Assembly: GCF_001194135.2 (NCBI RefSeq)
Contig: NC_068987.1
Coordinates: 109,442,328-109,474,377 of the forward strand
DNA: 32,050 bases
Direction of reading: 5' to 3'
DNA from: Octopus bimaculoides
Lineage: Eukaryota
The position numbers were made by a program, and so were the translations under genes. Shown one piece after another: positions 20,290-31,047 of the stretch. The notes under the pieces were generated by a model. That model ran no database searches and had not been told where the DNA came from. It saw only the letters and a program-made list of their open reading frames with translations. Positions within the stretch are counted from its first letter, which is position 1; every line of letters starts with the position of its first letter.

Positions 20290-21609
20290 CTTATGCTTAT
20301 TTATTTATACCGGTATCAACAACATACAAACAAAATAACTGTAATTTTCAAAGCCAAACTTAGAGTGCCAAAAAGTAACCTGATGATTCACACAGCCTTG
20401 GATTTTGGGTGTTTTCAATCAATATAAGAAGGATATTTAGATTAGTTACAAATGCAAATCAATTTTGAAGTTGTAGGTTTTGTGTACCAAATTCACAGTC
20501 ATCACATGCACACACAAACACAAGAAGCTTCCACACACAAAATGTCATTTCCAAGGAACTATGGGTGAAAATACTGGCTCAAGGTGTTGTGCAGTGGTAT
20601 TATGTGGTTTCAAAGCAAACTTTTTAGCCACTCTGCTAGTCTTCAGCTGGTGCCCTTATAATTTAGCTGGTTACAGTGCCTTGTTATTTCAAAGGCTCTT
20701 AATGAACAAATCTTTAAATAACCATTTCTTTGATATACTTCAATGCCCATAGAAAGGGTCTACATTATTCCTATAATACAATAAATGCAATAGACAAAAA
20801 GAGTAGATATTTATAAATATGTTTATTTTGCTATTAAATACCATATTCATATATACAGTGTAATAATTTCGTTTATGTTTTTGTTTTGCAAGATTCTTGA
20901 TGTGAAATCATGTTGACACAGATATTATATTTGGGGAATAAACACACACACACTATTTATTTGATTTTCATTTTAGCTTTATTATTAGTCTGTCAGAGTC
21001 CTTTCATCTCATTGTGACCTCTTCAATGACTTTGCTCTTTGTCACCTCTTCTCTGTTCCATTTTCTCTTTTTCTGGTACGCATCTTTATCTCTGTATGCA
21101 TTTATGCCTGTATGTGGACATGTATCTGGGTTTGTGTATTACACTTTGCATCTGTCTTTTTCTTATCGTATTGTCAGGTTGCAGGGTGTGTTACTACTTC
21201 ATTCAGGTTCTCTGTTGATGTTTGATCTATTAAGTGTGGCCTCTGTAATCTGAGCTTTGTGTTTGTTCTGTGTCGATAAGATTCTAATATCTATGTTCCA
21301 GTTGAGCATGTTGGTATAGCAGACAAGCTTTTCTCTGCCTTGAGCTCCTACCTGTATCACTTATCCTTTCACATATGCTATGAGCTGTCTCTCCAATGTA
21401 TGTCATCATCCTATTTCTACACACCTTATACTACAGACTGCATTCCTAGTTTTGCAGTCCATCTGTGAGAAAATGCTAAACACTATACAGTTCCTATCAA
21501 TACAGGGGATTCTTTCTAATGGGTATGTTCTACGGACCAGATTTTATGGGAATTCCTGGTCTTTCTACTACTTTAATCTACAGATTCATTTTACCATAAA
21601 GAACTATGA

Positions 21610-22328
21610 GGCGGTGGCAGGAGAAAATCCAGACCCATCCATTTCTCGACCATGTTGTAAGTTGTGATGAAAAGTGGATTCTGTACAAAAATAAGAAACT
21701 TTCTTCGCAGTGGTTGGACCAAAATGAAGCACTGAAACCTCCCCTAAACCGGAGCTCTTCAAAAAGAAGTTTATGGTGGCTGGTAGTGGTGTACTGTAAG
21801 ACTCGTCCACTATAGCTTCTTAAAACCCAGAAAAACCATTACTGCANNNNNNNNNNNNNNNNNNNNNNNNNNNNNNNNNNNNNNNNNNNNNNNNNNNNNN
21901 NNNNNNNNNNNNNNNNNNNNNNNNNNNNNNNNNNNNNNNNNNNNNNNNNNNNNNNNNNNNNNNNNNNNNNNNNNNNNNNNNNNNNNNNNNNNNNNNNNNN
22001 NNNNNNNNNNNNNNNNNNNNNNNNNNNNNNNNNNNNTATTCCCCAGACCTTTCTCCTGCCGACTTCTACTTTTTCAAGCACCTTGATGGTTTCCTGTGAG
22101 AAAAGAAGTTAAGAAATCAAACCGATACTGAAAGTGCATTCAAAGAGTTCATCAGCTCCAGAACTCCAGATTCTTTATGTTACTGGAATAAACAAACTTG
22201 TAACTCGTTGGCAAAAATGTGTTGATTGTAATGGTACTTCCATTGATGAATAAAATTTCTGCATTGTTGATATATATTGTAATGAATTTCATGTTTCGAA
22301 ACGTTGCTTAACTTTTTAATCAGCCTGA
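21610..22328 (+). mobile_element. Mariner transposase remnant (HsMar1/cecropia-like), 5'-truncated, with right TIR
   Basis: PFLDHVVSCDEKWILY..SQWLD, HYSFLKP.KTITA, YSPDLSPADFYFFKHLD, TGINKLVTRWQKCVDCNG; probable TIR aacgttgcttaactttttaatcagcctga. Confidence 0.85.
21847..22036. other. Assembly gap (N run)
   Basis: Run of N inside the mariner remnant. Confidence 1.
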
Positions 22329-23039
22329 TGTTTTTGGCTGTCATACTTTGAGTTGGCCTTACCAGTTTTTCTCTTTGTTCTTTCTATGCTATTCCATGGT
22401 TTACTCCTGTATAGTGGGAAGATCTCATTTGCATTATTCTCTATGATGGTTTTGAATTTTACCATGGCTCCTTTGCACAACCCGATCCTGTCTCCTTGAC
22501 TGTAGCTAGAGAAATGCAAGCAGTGGATGAAGTGCTGCATGTGTATCTCTAATTCTGTTGGGCCACACATATGAAGTTCACTATTAGGATATTGAAATTG
22601 GTATTATCTGCAATTGCCGTGTTCCAGTGGACTAGATATTTAGGGGCTATAGGTTTGATATAGTGCAAATGGAGAATTTGAACCTTGTTATTCCGAGTTT
22701 CCAGCCACAGTTGAGTGTCTAAAACAGGTAATCTGTAGTTGGGGGTGCTTACTAGGGTAATCTACTGTTACCTTAATATTCTGGTGGAGTTAGCTTTTTG
22801 CTGGATGCTCTCTATGGTATTAGCTTTAGTTCATAGATATTGGCTTGTGGAGGTGCTCTTGCTATATGCTGATATCAGCATAGGGAGAGTACATGCTTAG
22901 GGCTATGGAACTCTAAGTATTCTTCAAGTCCATCATATAATAAAGAGTTTGGCCACATCACCAACGATACTGACATCATATGTGTCAGTATGGCAAAAAT
23001 ACCCATCCCCAAATATAACAACAATGTAATAATTGGTTC

Positions 23040-23250
23040 TACTAAGACCTGAAGTTCTGAGTGAGGGGGGGGGGGGGGCTAGTTGATTACATCAACCTCA
23101 GTGATCCACTGGTACTTCCTTTATTGACCCCAAAAGTATGAAAGGCAAAGTTGATCTTGGCAGTATCTGAACTCAGTGTGTATGGTGCTGAAAGAAACAC
23201 TGCTAAGCATTTTGCCTGGCACGGTAACATTTCTGCCAACTCACCACCTT
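23040..23250 (-). mobile_element. SINE fragment, CORE-like family
   Basis: Minus strand ...aactttgcctttcatacttttggggtcaataaaggaagtaccagt, similar to 14598-14700. Confidence 0.6.
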
Positions 23251-23429
23251 TTTCTATTTATAAGTACAAGTGAGGATAGAAACCTTGGAAGGATAAAAAT
23301 ACCCAAGATTAGACAGTTTGAATACCTGACAATATAGGCGCATACATATATATTATTATTAATATTATAAAAACCAAAAGAGAAGAAGGAGATAAGGTTA
23401 ATAAAAGTTCTCCATCTCTTCATCTATTT

Positions 23430-23945
23430 CATCATCATCATCATTTTCATTCAACGTCCACTTTCCATGAGTTGGATGATTTGACTGAAGACTGGTGAAC
23501 CGGATGGCTACACCAGGCTCCAATCTGATCTGGCAGAGTTTCTGCAGCTGGATGCCCTTCCTAACGCCAACCCCTCCGAGAGTGTAGTGGGTGCTTTTTA
23601 CGTGCCACTGGCACGAGGGCCAGTTCGGTGGTACTGGCAACAGCCACACTCAAATAGTGTTTTTTACGTGCCACCTGCATAGGAGTCAGTTTAATATTTT
23701 GTTCACATGCCACCGGCACAAGTGCCAGTAAGGCAAAGCTGGAAATGATTGCGTTCAAATGGTGCTTTTTACGTGCCACCGGCACAGGAGCGAGACCGCT
23801 GCTCTGGCAGTGATCCCGCTCGGATGGTGCTGTTAGCGCTCCACTGGTACGGGTGCCAGTCATCAAATTTGGTTCAGTTTCGATCGATTGACCTCACTTG
23901 CCCCAACAGGTCTTCGCAAGCTGAGTTTAGTGTCCAATGAGGGAA
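23430..23945 (-). mobile_element. RTE-3'UTR-derived element with 4-5 internal subrepeats
   Basis: (cat)n tail, ctggatgcccttcctaacgccaac, repeated gtgctttttacgtgccac module. Confidence 0.75.
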
Positions 23946-23972
23946 GATTGGTATTGATGCCAATCTTCAAAT

Positions 23973-24200
23973 TTGGTTTGTTCAGAAAGTTTGTGCCGAT
24001 TAATAGTAGCTTACCTTTTGACTTATTTGCCATGAAACCACCTCAATTCTGGGAAGAGGGTATTTTCAAGTTAAGGGAAAGATGGAGACGCATTGTGCAA
24101 CAAAATAGTTCATATTTGGTTGATTAAAAATGTAATGGCAAGTATTTACTGACCGTTTTCTTTCCTTTAAAAATCGGCACGAACTTTCCGGACAACCCAA
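23973..24200 (+). mobile_element. Internally deleted mariner (228 bp) retaining both TIRs and the transposase C-terminus
   Basis: Left ttggtttgttcagaaagtttgtgccgatt vs right aatcggcacgaactttccggacaacccaa plus TA; encodes FAMKPPQFWEEGIFKLRERWRRIVQQNSSYLVD*. Confidence 0.8.
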
Positions 24201-24668
24201 TATTATATTTAGATAAAGATGGTTACGGCTGGTTTATAAGGTTACCCAGGGTTTTGTGTCCATAAAGTACTTAGCTTTAAGTCTAGTGGGTGTGTGTATA
24301 TATATATATAAATACATATATATATATATACACACACACACACACGCAAAACGTAATAATACAAAATGGGAGGTCTTTTGTTAATGAATAACTCAGTTTA
24401 GAGGTAAGAAGGCATCATTTAGGAGGAATGGATCAATTCTGTCGTTCAGTCTTCATCTTAAAGAAAACAAATATTTAACAAACTGCTTCTTTACAATCAC
24501 ATATAAAACTAGTGTACTTTAGTAATTTCAAACTTTTATATTCATTTTGGTCAAACAAGATCACTCAACTCAACAGACAAGTTCTTGTAGTCATAACCTT
24601 TGAATGAAATTTTGAAAATAAAATAATTTTTTAAACCAAATTTTTTTGCCCCCCCACTTTATTTTTCA

Positions 24669-25418
24669 TTAATGATCTTTCTTATTTGAATCCTGCTGTA
24701 TTTTCTTCTGAAGGACAGAATACTCTTCCAATAATCTATCATATTCACACTTGGTTGCTTCAGACTGAGATTTCATGGTCATCAGATCAGTTTGGGTTTG
24801 TTTCAGTTCAGTCTTAGCTTCACATAATTCATCCTCAGCTTTTTCTAGTTTTGTTTTGAGAGCCTCAAGATTTTTAGTAGCATCTTCCTTTTCCGAATTA
24901 GCCAGATTTTCCTCTTTGTCATTCCTAGTATCCTGAATCCCTGAAGATGACGAATCATTCAAAAGTTTGTTGGCAACTTCATTAGCGCTGAGAGCTTGTT
25001 TGTGAGTTGCTTTCAAATCAGCTTGCAGCTGAGCTTGGGCTGTGATTAATTGGACAATGCGATTTAAAATCATCCAAAGAAACAAAGTAAATCCAGAGAT
25101 GTAAAAATTACGCTGAGCCCGAAGTAGATGGATATGGTAATTCTGTGCAGCACCAGGCATAGATAATGTCACATCTTCCAGTTTGTCTGAATCGATATCG
25201 TATTTACGGAGCTGTGAAATGGAGCTTAGAAAAGCAACACCTAAACCCAACATCAATAACCGAACATAAAAGTATGAAAAATTAGACAGAAATGATAAAA
25301 GGCGGGACTTGAATATTTTCCGCCATACTTGAGGTGATATGAAGGGTAACATAAATAAAACACACAGTCCAATTTCAAAATATAAAAAGCAGGAAATCAA
25401 AGTCCATTGCAGTCCCAT
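24669..25418 (-). CDS. BCAP31: B-cell receptor-associated protein 31/29 family ER membrane protein, 249 aa, intronless CDS
   Basis: MGLQWT..FLYFE..LPFISP..WRKIFKSRL, three hydrophobic segments, RAQRNFYISGF, coiled coil, KxQSE..EYDRLLEE, C-terminal KKDH (KKXX ER retrieval); Kozak-like caccATGG. BCAP31 vs BCAP29 cannot be distinguished in an invertebrate. Confidence 0.92.
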   Translation of the reverse strand: MGLQWTLISCFLYFEIGLCVLFMLPFISPQVWRKIFKSRLLSFLSNFSYFYVRLLMLGLGVAFLSSISQLRKYDIDSDKLEDVTLSMPGAAQNYHIHLLRAQRNFYISGFTLFLWMILNRIVQLITAQAQLQADLKATHKQALSANEVANKLLNDSSSSGIQDTRNDKEENLANSEKEDATKNLEALKTKLEKAEDELCEAKTELKQTQTDLMTMKSQSEATKCEYDRLLEEYSVLQKKIQQDSNKKDH

Positions 25419-25505
25419 GGTGAAGATATGAGTTTGTCGTAATCAGGTGGAAAATGTTATTGATTATGCAGTTCTAGAACTCCTTGATTCTGTATGCGTC
25501 AGTTC

Positions 25506-25520
25506 CTGCAAATACATTTA
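25506..25520 (-). promoter_or_regulatory. Possible 5'UTR splice acceptor of the BCAP31-like gene
   Basis: Minus strand taaatgtatttgcAG, 87 nt upstream of the ATG; base composition switches to microsatellite/SINE-rich sequence beyond it. Confidence 0.45.
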
Positions 25521-25794
25521 TATAAATGGTTATTAATACATAGTTGTACAAAGAAATTTACAAATTATATACATACTTTTATATGCATACATGTATACAT
25601 ATCATCCTCATCACTGGTTTTAGTTTAACATCCGTTTTTCCATGGTAGCATGGGTCAGACTGAATTTGCATAGGCAGATTTTCTGCAGCCAACCCTCATC
25701 TGTTTCTAAGCAAGTTTGTTTTTGTTTTTTTCTTTCATTACTACACTCTCTGTATATATATATAGATGTGTGTGTGTGTGTGTGCATGTGTTTG

Positions 25795-26410
25795 TGTTGT
25801 TTACTTCCCAACCACATAGTTCTGTGTTTAGTCCCACTATGTAGCACTTTGGGCAAGTGTTTTCTTATAGTGCTAGGTCAACCGAAGCTTTGTGAGTAGA
25901 TTGGGTTGACAAAAACTCAAAGAAGCCCATTGTATGTGTAGTGTGTGTGTGTCTCTCTCTCTCTTTGTTATGACATCATGCAATGATTGTAAGCAGTCAT
26001 ACAATGGCTGTCATTCATTTCCAATCTTCCATAGAAACATGTCCAGACATCCTCATCATCATCATTTAACGTCTGCTTTCCATGCTAGCATGGGTTGGAC
26101 AACACCTGGTCTGGGAATTGAAACCGTGATCCTACAACCACGAGTCAGCTGCCCTAACCACTGGGCCATTGCGCCTCCTATAACCAATCTTCAAAATGAA
26201 AGAGAAAGGCCCTGCAGCTAGTTTTTCAACACACACAAAGAAGAAAGACCAACCACAATGGGCTGTTTCCCCTCTCCCACACACAAGCTTCTTTCAGATT
26301 CTGTCAACCAAACCCACTCACAAGGCTTTGATCATCAAGGATATAGTAGTAGGCACTTGCCCACGGTGCCACACTGAGGGACCGAACCCAGAACCATGTG
26401 GCTGGGAAGC
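25795..26410. mobile_element. Cluster of SINE fragments (+ 25795-26045; - 26108-26178; - 26284-26410)
   Basis: Matches to the SINE heads and tails described elsewhere in the window. Confidence 0.7.
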
Positions 26411-27465
26411 TAGTGGGCTGAATCTGTGATCTCATTTCATTTCATTTACTTCACAAATGTACTTTGAAGGGAGAAGGGGAACATGCTAAACACGTGCCCT
26501 CCTCTTCAAAACTGTCGAATTGCAGCCAAAAATCAGACTAATCATGTGTTGCTTCTAACTATAGAATCTTAAAGTACATGTGACCTGCAGTTTCATTTTA
26601 TTTTGGAATGGTGTCATTTATCTTCTTCACCCACACTCAACAAAAACCCTCTATACAGACACAGTGTCGGCTACAAGTAGTAGCCAAATATTCCTCAAAT
26701 CACATTTATTATCTACAAAAAAAAAAAAAAAAAAAAAAAAAAAACCATTAGACACAGTAGCCAGTCCTAGAAATTTAACAGGATCCCTAAGATACAATAT
26801 GTTTGAAAAGAATACAGGATGGTCACAGACAGAATGCCTTTGACCATATATGGATTTCTCAGGGTTGACCTGGAGTTAAACAACAGCTGTACCTTCAATG
26901 TTAATGATACTGGAAAATTGATGACCATCACAACTTCCCATTCACTTGATAGAGCCACTCTCTCCTTAAAATCAAAATATAACAAGCACTACATCAGTGA
27001 TTAGCATTAGATATACATTATACAGTCATGTCATTTTATATTTTCTTTTTTTCTATTCATATATCTGTTTCTACTTGTCACTAGTTCCAAAGTCCATTGA
27101 CCTACTTGTCTGCTGCTATTTTTCCTATGACCAGTCAAGAACACCCTTTCCTTCCTCTTACTATTTTTACATTCCTTTCTGGTTTTCTTTTTTTACTTTT
27201 ATTTTTCTTCTTCTTCTCCCCTTGGTCATTACTTTAATTTCACACTCACTGAAATATATGGAACACTTTATTAATTTGCATATCATCCTTGAGTAGAGGC
27301 CATGTGAAGCTTTTCTATCATTTAGTGTCTGTTTTCCATGTTGCCATTGTTTACACGGTTCCACTGGAACTGGTAAGCCAGGGAGCTGCACCAGACTCCA
27401 GTCTGATTTGTCTTGGTTTCTATGGCTGGATGCCCTTCCTAATGCCAACCACTCCAAGAGTAGTG

Positions 27466-27588
27466 CAGTGTTTCTCAACCTTTTTACTCTTGTGTAACCC
27501 TTAAAATAAATTACGTCTCAAGGAACCCCTTCACAAAAATACCATATCTTTCTCATCTTTTTTTTTCATCGTAGTTCACATGGTAAAT

Positions 27589-27654
<66 letters not shown>

Positions 27655-28119
27655 AACTGTGCTTGAGAAGACCTGTTGAGTCAAGTGAAATCATTGTTGT
27701 GGCCAATGCCAGTGCTGCCTGACTGGTCCCATGCTGGTGGCACATAAAAAGCATCAATCAAGCATGGTCGTTGCCAGTGCCACCTGACTGGCTCCCATGC
27801 CAGTGGCACGTAAAAAGCACCATCCAAGCATGGTCGGTGTCAATACCGTTGGACTGGCCCTCATGCCAGTGGCATGTAAAAAGCACCCACTGTAAAAAGC
27901 AGTCTCAGAGTGGTTGGCATTAGGAAGGGCATCCAGCTGTAGAAATCTTGCCAGATCAGATTGGATCCTGGTGCAGCCTTCTGGCTTGCCAGTCCAGAGT
28001 CAAACCATCCAACCCATGCCAGCATGGAAAGCAGATGCTAAATGATGATGATGACGATCATGAAATTAACATTAGCTTATCTCACTCTTTCTCACGGAAC
28101 CCCCGGTTGAGAAACGCTG
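27466..28119. mobile_element. hAT-type MITE with internal microsatellite and RTE-tail insertion
   Basis: TIR cagtgtttctcaacc / ggttgagaaacgctg; 8-bp flanks gagtagtg / gtgtaggg (6/8 match, central TA). Confidence 0.8.
27655..28058 (+). mobile_element. RTE-3'UTR-derived element with three 65-66-bp tandem units, nested in the hAT MITE
   Basis: Units start at 27708, 27773 and 27839; tail ccatgccagcatggaaagcagatgctaaatgatgatgatg. Confidence 0.8.
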
Positions 28120-29019
28120 GTGTAGGGGGTGCCTTTTACATGTCACCAGTACTGTCTATAATTACGATTTCACTTGGCTTGACAAGTCTTTTTAAGCACA
28201 GCTCATCGCCAAAGGTCTCAATTACTTGTCATCACTTCCTTGAGATCTAACAACCAAAGATCATGCTTGTCTCCTTGGGTCTACCCCTTTCATAGGTTCC
28301 CTCAACAGTTCAAGGCCAGCACTTCTTCATGCCACTGTCCTCATCCATGGCCATACCAGCAGTCTTCTCTCTTGCACTCATCTCATACCTCTTCTGCCCA
28401 ATTTTTCTACCAGGATGCTCACACTGACACTGCACATCCAGCATATCTTAATATATATAAAACACTGTGTGTGTGTGTGCATGCGTGTTCCTTATGCATT
28501 CGAAAACCGGGTTGCTGATTTTGACATATGAAGTATCAAAGCAGTCAGTAATCCTTCGGCTACCAAATAAAGCACATTTTTTTGCACAACAACTCTTTTT
28601 TTACTACAAAAATAACCTTGAAAACGAGGTCGGGTCACACAATTTTGAGTTCTTCAGCTAAAGAAGGCAACTCTGCCTGAGAATTTTTTTAAAGATATCT
28701 GGACATCTTTCTTATTGTTAACCATTCAACTTCAAATTACAATTGTTAATTTTTGGAAGTAGACCAAGAGGTACATATAACTCATTATATTGTGGTTAGC
28801 AATCCATTACCTTAAATTTGAAGTGTTGTTCAGTCTTTCAACTGTTGCCATGATGGGGTATCACCTTCAAAAATTTAATTAATCATACTGACCTCAGTAC
28901 ATATTTCAATCTGGTATTTATTTTATAGATCTCTGCATGATGAACTGCTAACTTTGAGACATAGTGGGACACAATACTCAATTTAACAACAAATGTAAAC
29001 ACACACATATTAGGTGCAA

Positions 29020-29311
29020 GAATGACTGTGTGGTTGAAAAGTTTGCTTCCTAACCATGTGGTTCCATGTTCAACCCCTCGGCATGGTGCCTTGGGCAAGT
29101 GTTTTCTATTGTAGCCCAAGGCGAACCACAGACTTCTGACTGAATTTGGTAGACGGAAACTGCTATGTTGTTCATAAGAAAATGACTGGAAAAAATATTT
29201 ATAGAGTTGTTGGCCTCATATTCTTCATGTGCTGGTTCTGCCCATAACAAAGAAACAAATAATACAATGTGGATGTAGGACATGGCACCTGGGCAACGCT
29301 GGGGTGCAGTG

Positions 29312-29352
<41 letters not shown>

Positions 29353-29776
29353 GTATAAATACACACATACCCACACACAGGTGTGGCTGTGTCGTAAGAA
29401 GCTCGTTTCCCAACCACATGGTTCTGGGTTCAGTCTCATAGCACAGTCTTGGGTATGTGTCTTCTACTATAGCCCCGGACTGATCAAAGCTTTGAGAGTG
29501 GATTTGGTAGATGGAAACTGAAAGAAGCCCGTCGTGTATGAATATATTTATGGCTGTATTTCCGTATGTCTGTGTTTGTCCCCCACCACAGCTTGACAAC
29601 CGGTGTTGGTGTGTTTCCGTCCCCTTAACTTAGTGGTTCGGCAATGGAGTCTGATAAAATAAGTACTAGGCTTTAAAATATAAGTCCATTAATCGATTTG
29701 TTTGACTAAAACGCTTCAAGGCGGTGCCCCAGCATGGCCGCAGTCAAATGACTGAAACAAGTAAAAGATAAAAGAC
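29020..29776 (+). mobile_element. SINE head (29020-29165), (GT)n about 29315-29350 and near full-length SINE (29379-29776)
   Basis: Colinear with 17252-17630. Confidence 0.8.
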
Positions 29777-29962
29777 GAATTTAGGTAAAAATGGCGCAAT
29801 AAGCTTACTGAAATATAAACTATTAGCTCGTAGTCCGTATTTTACCAATTCCATTCTTTACTTTATACATACATACAAATATATACATATATAAGGCGCA
29901 GGAGTGGCTAAGTGGTAAGTTTGCTTACCAACCACAAATGACAAACATAAGAATATATGTGG

Positions 29963-30750
29963 AGAAGGCTGGTTTATGGGATTATATTAGGTTTCCCGCC
30001 CATAAAGGTTGGATCTTTTTTAAAACGGGGGCAACATTTTTCATTAATGTTTTACGTAGTGCTTTTGGTACCGAAAGACTTTCAAACTTCGTATACTTAT
30101 CTATTTTGTGTTATAGAACAGAAAAATATTTTTGTATTCGAATTTATTTCATGTAAAAAATTGTCTTATTTCGATAATTTCAACCAATCACTGACGTCCA
30201 TTCAGCCGATATACATTAAGTGCCGACTACATAAACAAACGATTCTTCGTTTTATTTGCTTTTTTCATTTTAAATTTGCTTTAACCCTAACCCTAACCCT
30301 AGGGTTAGGGTCAGGGTTAATTGTTTCAGAATCGTTTGTTTATGTAGTCGGCGCTTAATGTNNNNNNNNNNNNNNNNNNNNNNNNNNNNNNNNNNNNNNN
30401 NNNNNNNNNNNNNNNNNNNNNNNNNNNNNNNNNNNNNNNNNNNNNNNNNNNNNNNNNNNNNNNNNNNNNNNNNNNNNNNNNNNNNNNNNNNNNNNNNNNN
30501 NNNNNNNNNNNNNNNNNNNNNNNNNNNNNNNNNNNNNNNNNNNNNNNNNNNNNNNNNNNNATGTTTTATATGACACATTCTACCAGTGATCCAAGTTTCA
30601 AAGTGTTTCGTTAATGAAAAATGTGGCCCCCGTTTTAAAAAAGATCCAAAGGGTTTAGCTATAAGGCATTTCAGATACCAAAAACCTGTTGGCCCATAAA
30701 GCTAAACCCTTTGACGGGAAACCTGAGGTCATCCCATAAACCGGCCTTCC
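29963..30750. mobile_element. Foldback (long-TIR) non-autonomous element with central telomeric palindrome
   Basis: Nested inverted repeats: 29963-29999/30713-30749; 30011-30047/30611-30647 (36/37); 30213-30245/30329-30361 (32/33); central 30281-30320 palindrome (1 mismatch); subterminal hairpin 30648-30660/30700-30712. Confidence 0.82.
30362..30560. other. Assembly gap (N run)
   Basis: Run of N inside the right arm of the foldback element. Confidence 1.
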
Positions 30751-30961
30751 TCATTTTTAATATATACTGCTCAACATCTTAGAGTGTGCTTCTTTCGGAT
30801 TTATGTTTTCTAGAAACGATATATGAGCGGTAGAGGTGTCAATAAGACCCAGAGGTTTCAGGTAATGCTGAGTAAGTGCTGTGGATAGACCACAGTTAAG
30901 TTCCAGGTTCAGTGATTATGTGAATAGGGGGTCCAACGTAGGTCATATATCAGCGTGTGTG

Positions 30962-31047
30962 TATAAGGATTTATTTTTCGTAATGAGATAAGAAAGCCAA
31001 GGCTTTGTTTGTTTTTTTTATCTCATTACGAAAAATAAATCCTTATA
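30962..31047. repeat. 86-bp hairpin: perfect 30-bp inverted repeat with 26-nt spacer (mini-MITE-like)
   Basis: tataaggatttatttttcgtaatgagataa / ttatctcattacgaaaaataaatccttata; the spacer holds a small aaagcc/ggcttt stem. Confidence 0.9.

Larger units (their letters stand above)
20980..22925 (-). mobile_element. Degenerate Penelope-like retroelement (RT C-terminus/thumb then GIY-YIG endonuclease), interrupted by a mariner
   Basis: Minus peptides ANS..HQNIKVTVDYPSKH..RLPVLD..W, HYIKP, PLYRSKPWNSIER (22.9-22.35 kb); IKVVERPG, MDCKTRNAVCSIRC..TYIGETAHSICERIS, ILST..KAQITEA..ENLN (21.6-21.2 kb); hammerhead-like motif at the 3' end. Confidence 0.72.
27310..28442 (-). mobile_element. 5'-truncated RTE LINE (ORF2 end plus 3'UTR) hosting nested insertions
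   Basis: Minus WMCSVSV...MDEDSGMKKCW..VEGT..RGRPK at 28.27-28.44 kb; its 3'UTR resumes on the other side of the hAT MITE. Confidence 0.72.

Noticed and set aside
26580-27000. Possible second Penelope-like remnant (HPHSTK, ASPRNL..L, TGK..TI)
   Set aside because: Motifs too short and degenerate to support without a profile search.
28690-28990. Possible GIY-YIG-like relic on the minus strand (EIYKIN..KYV)
   Set aside because: No intact YIG or downstream R..EH motif; indistinguishable from chance by eye.
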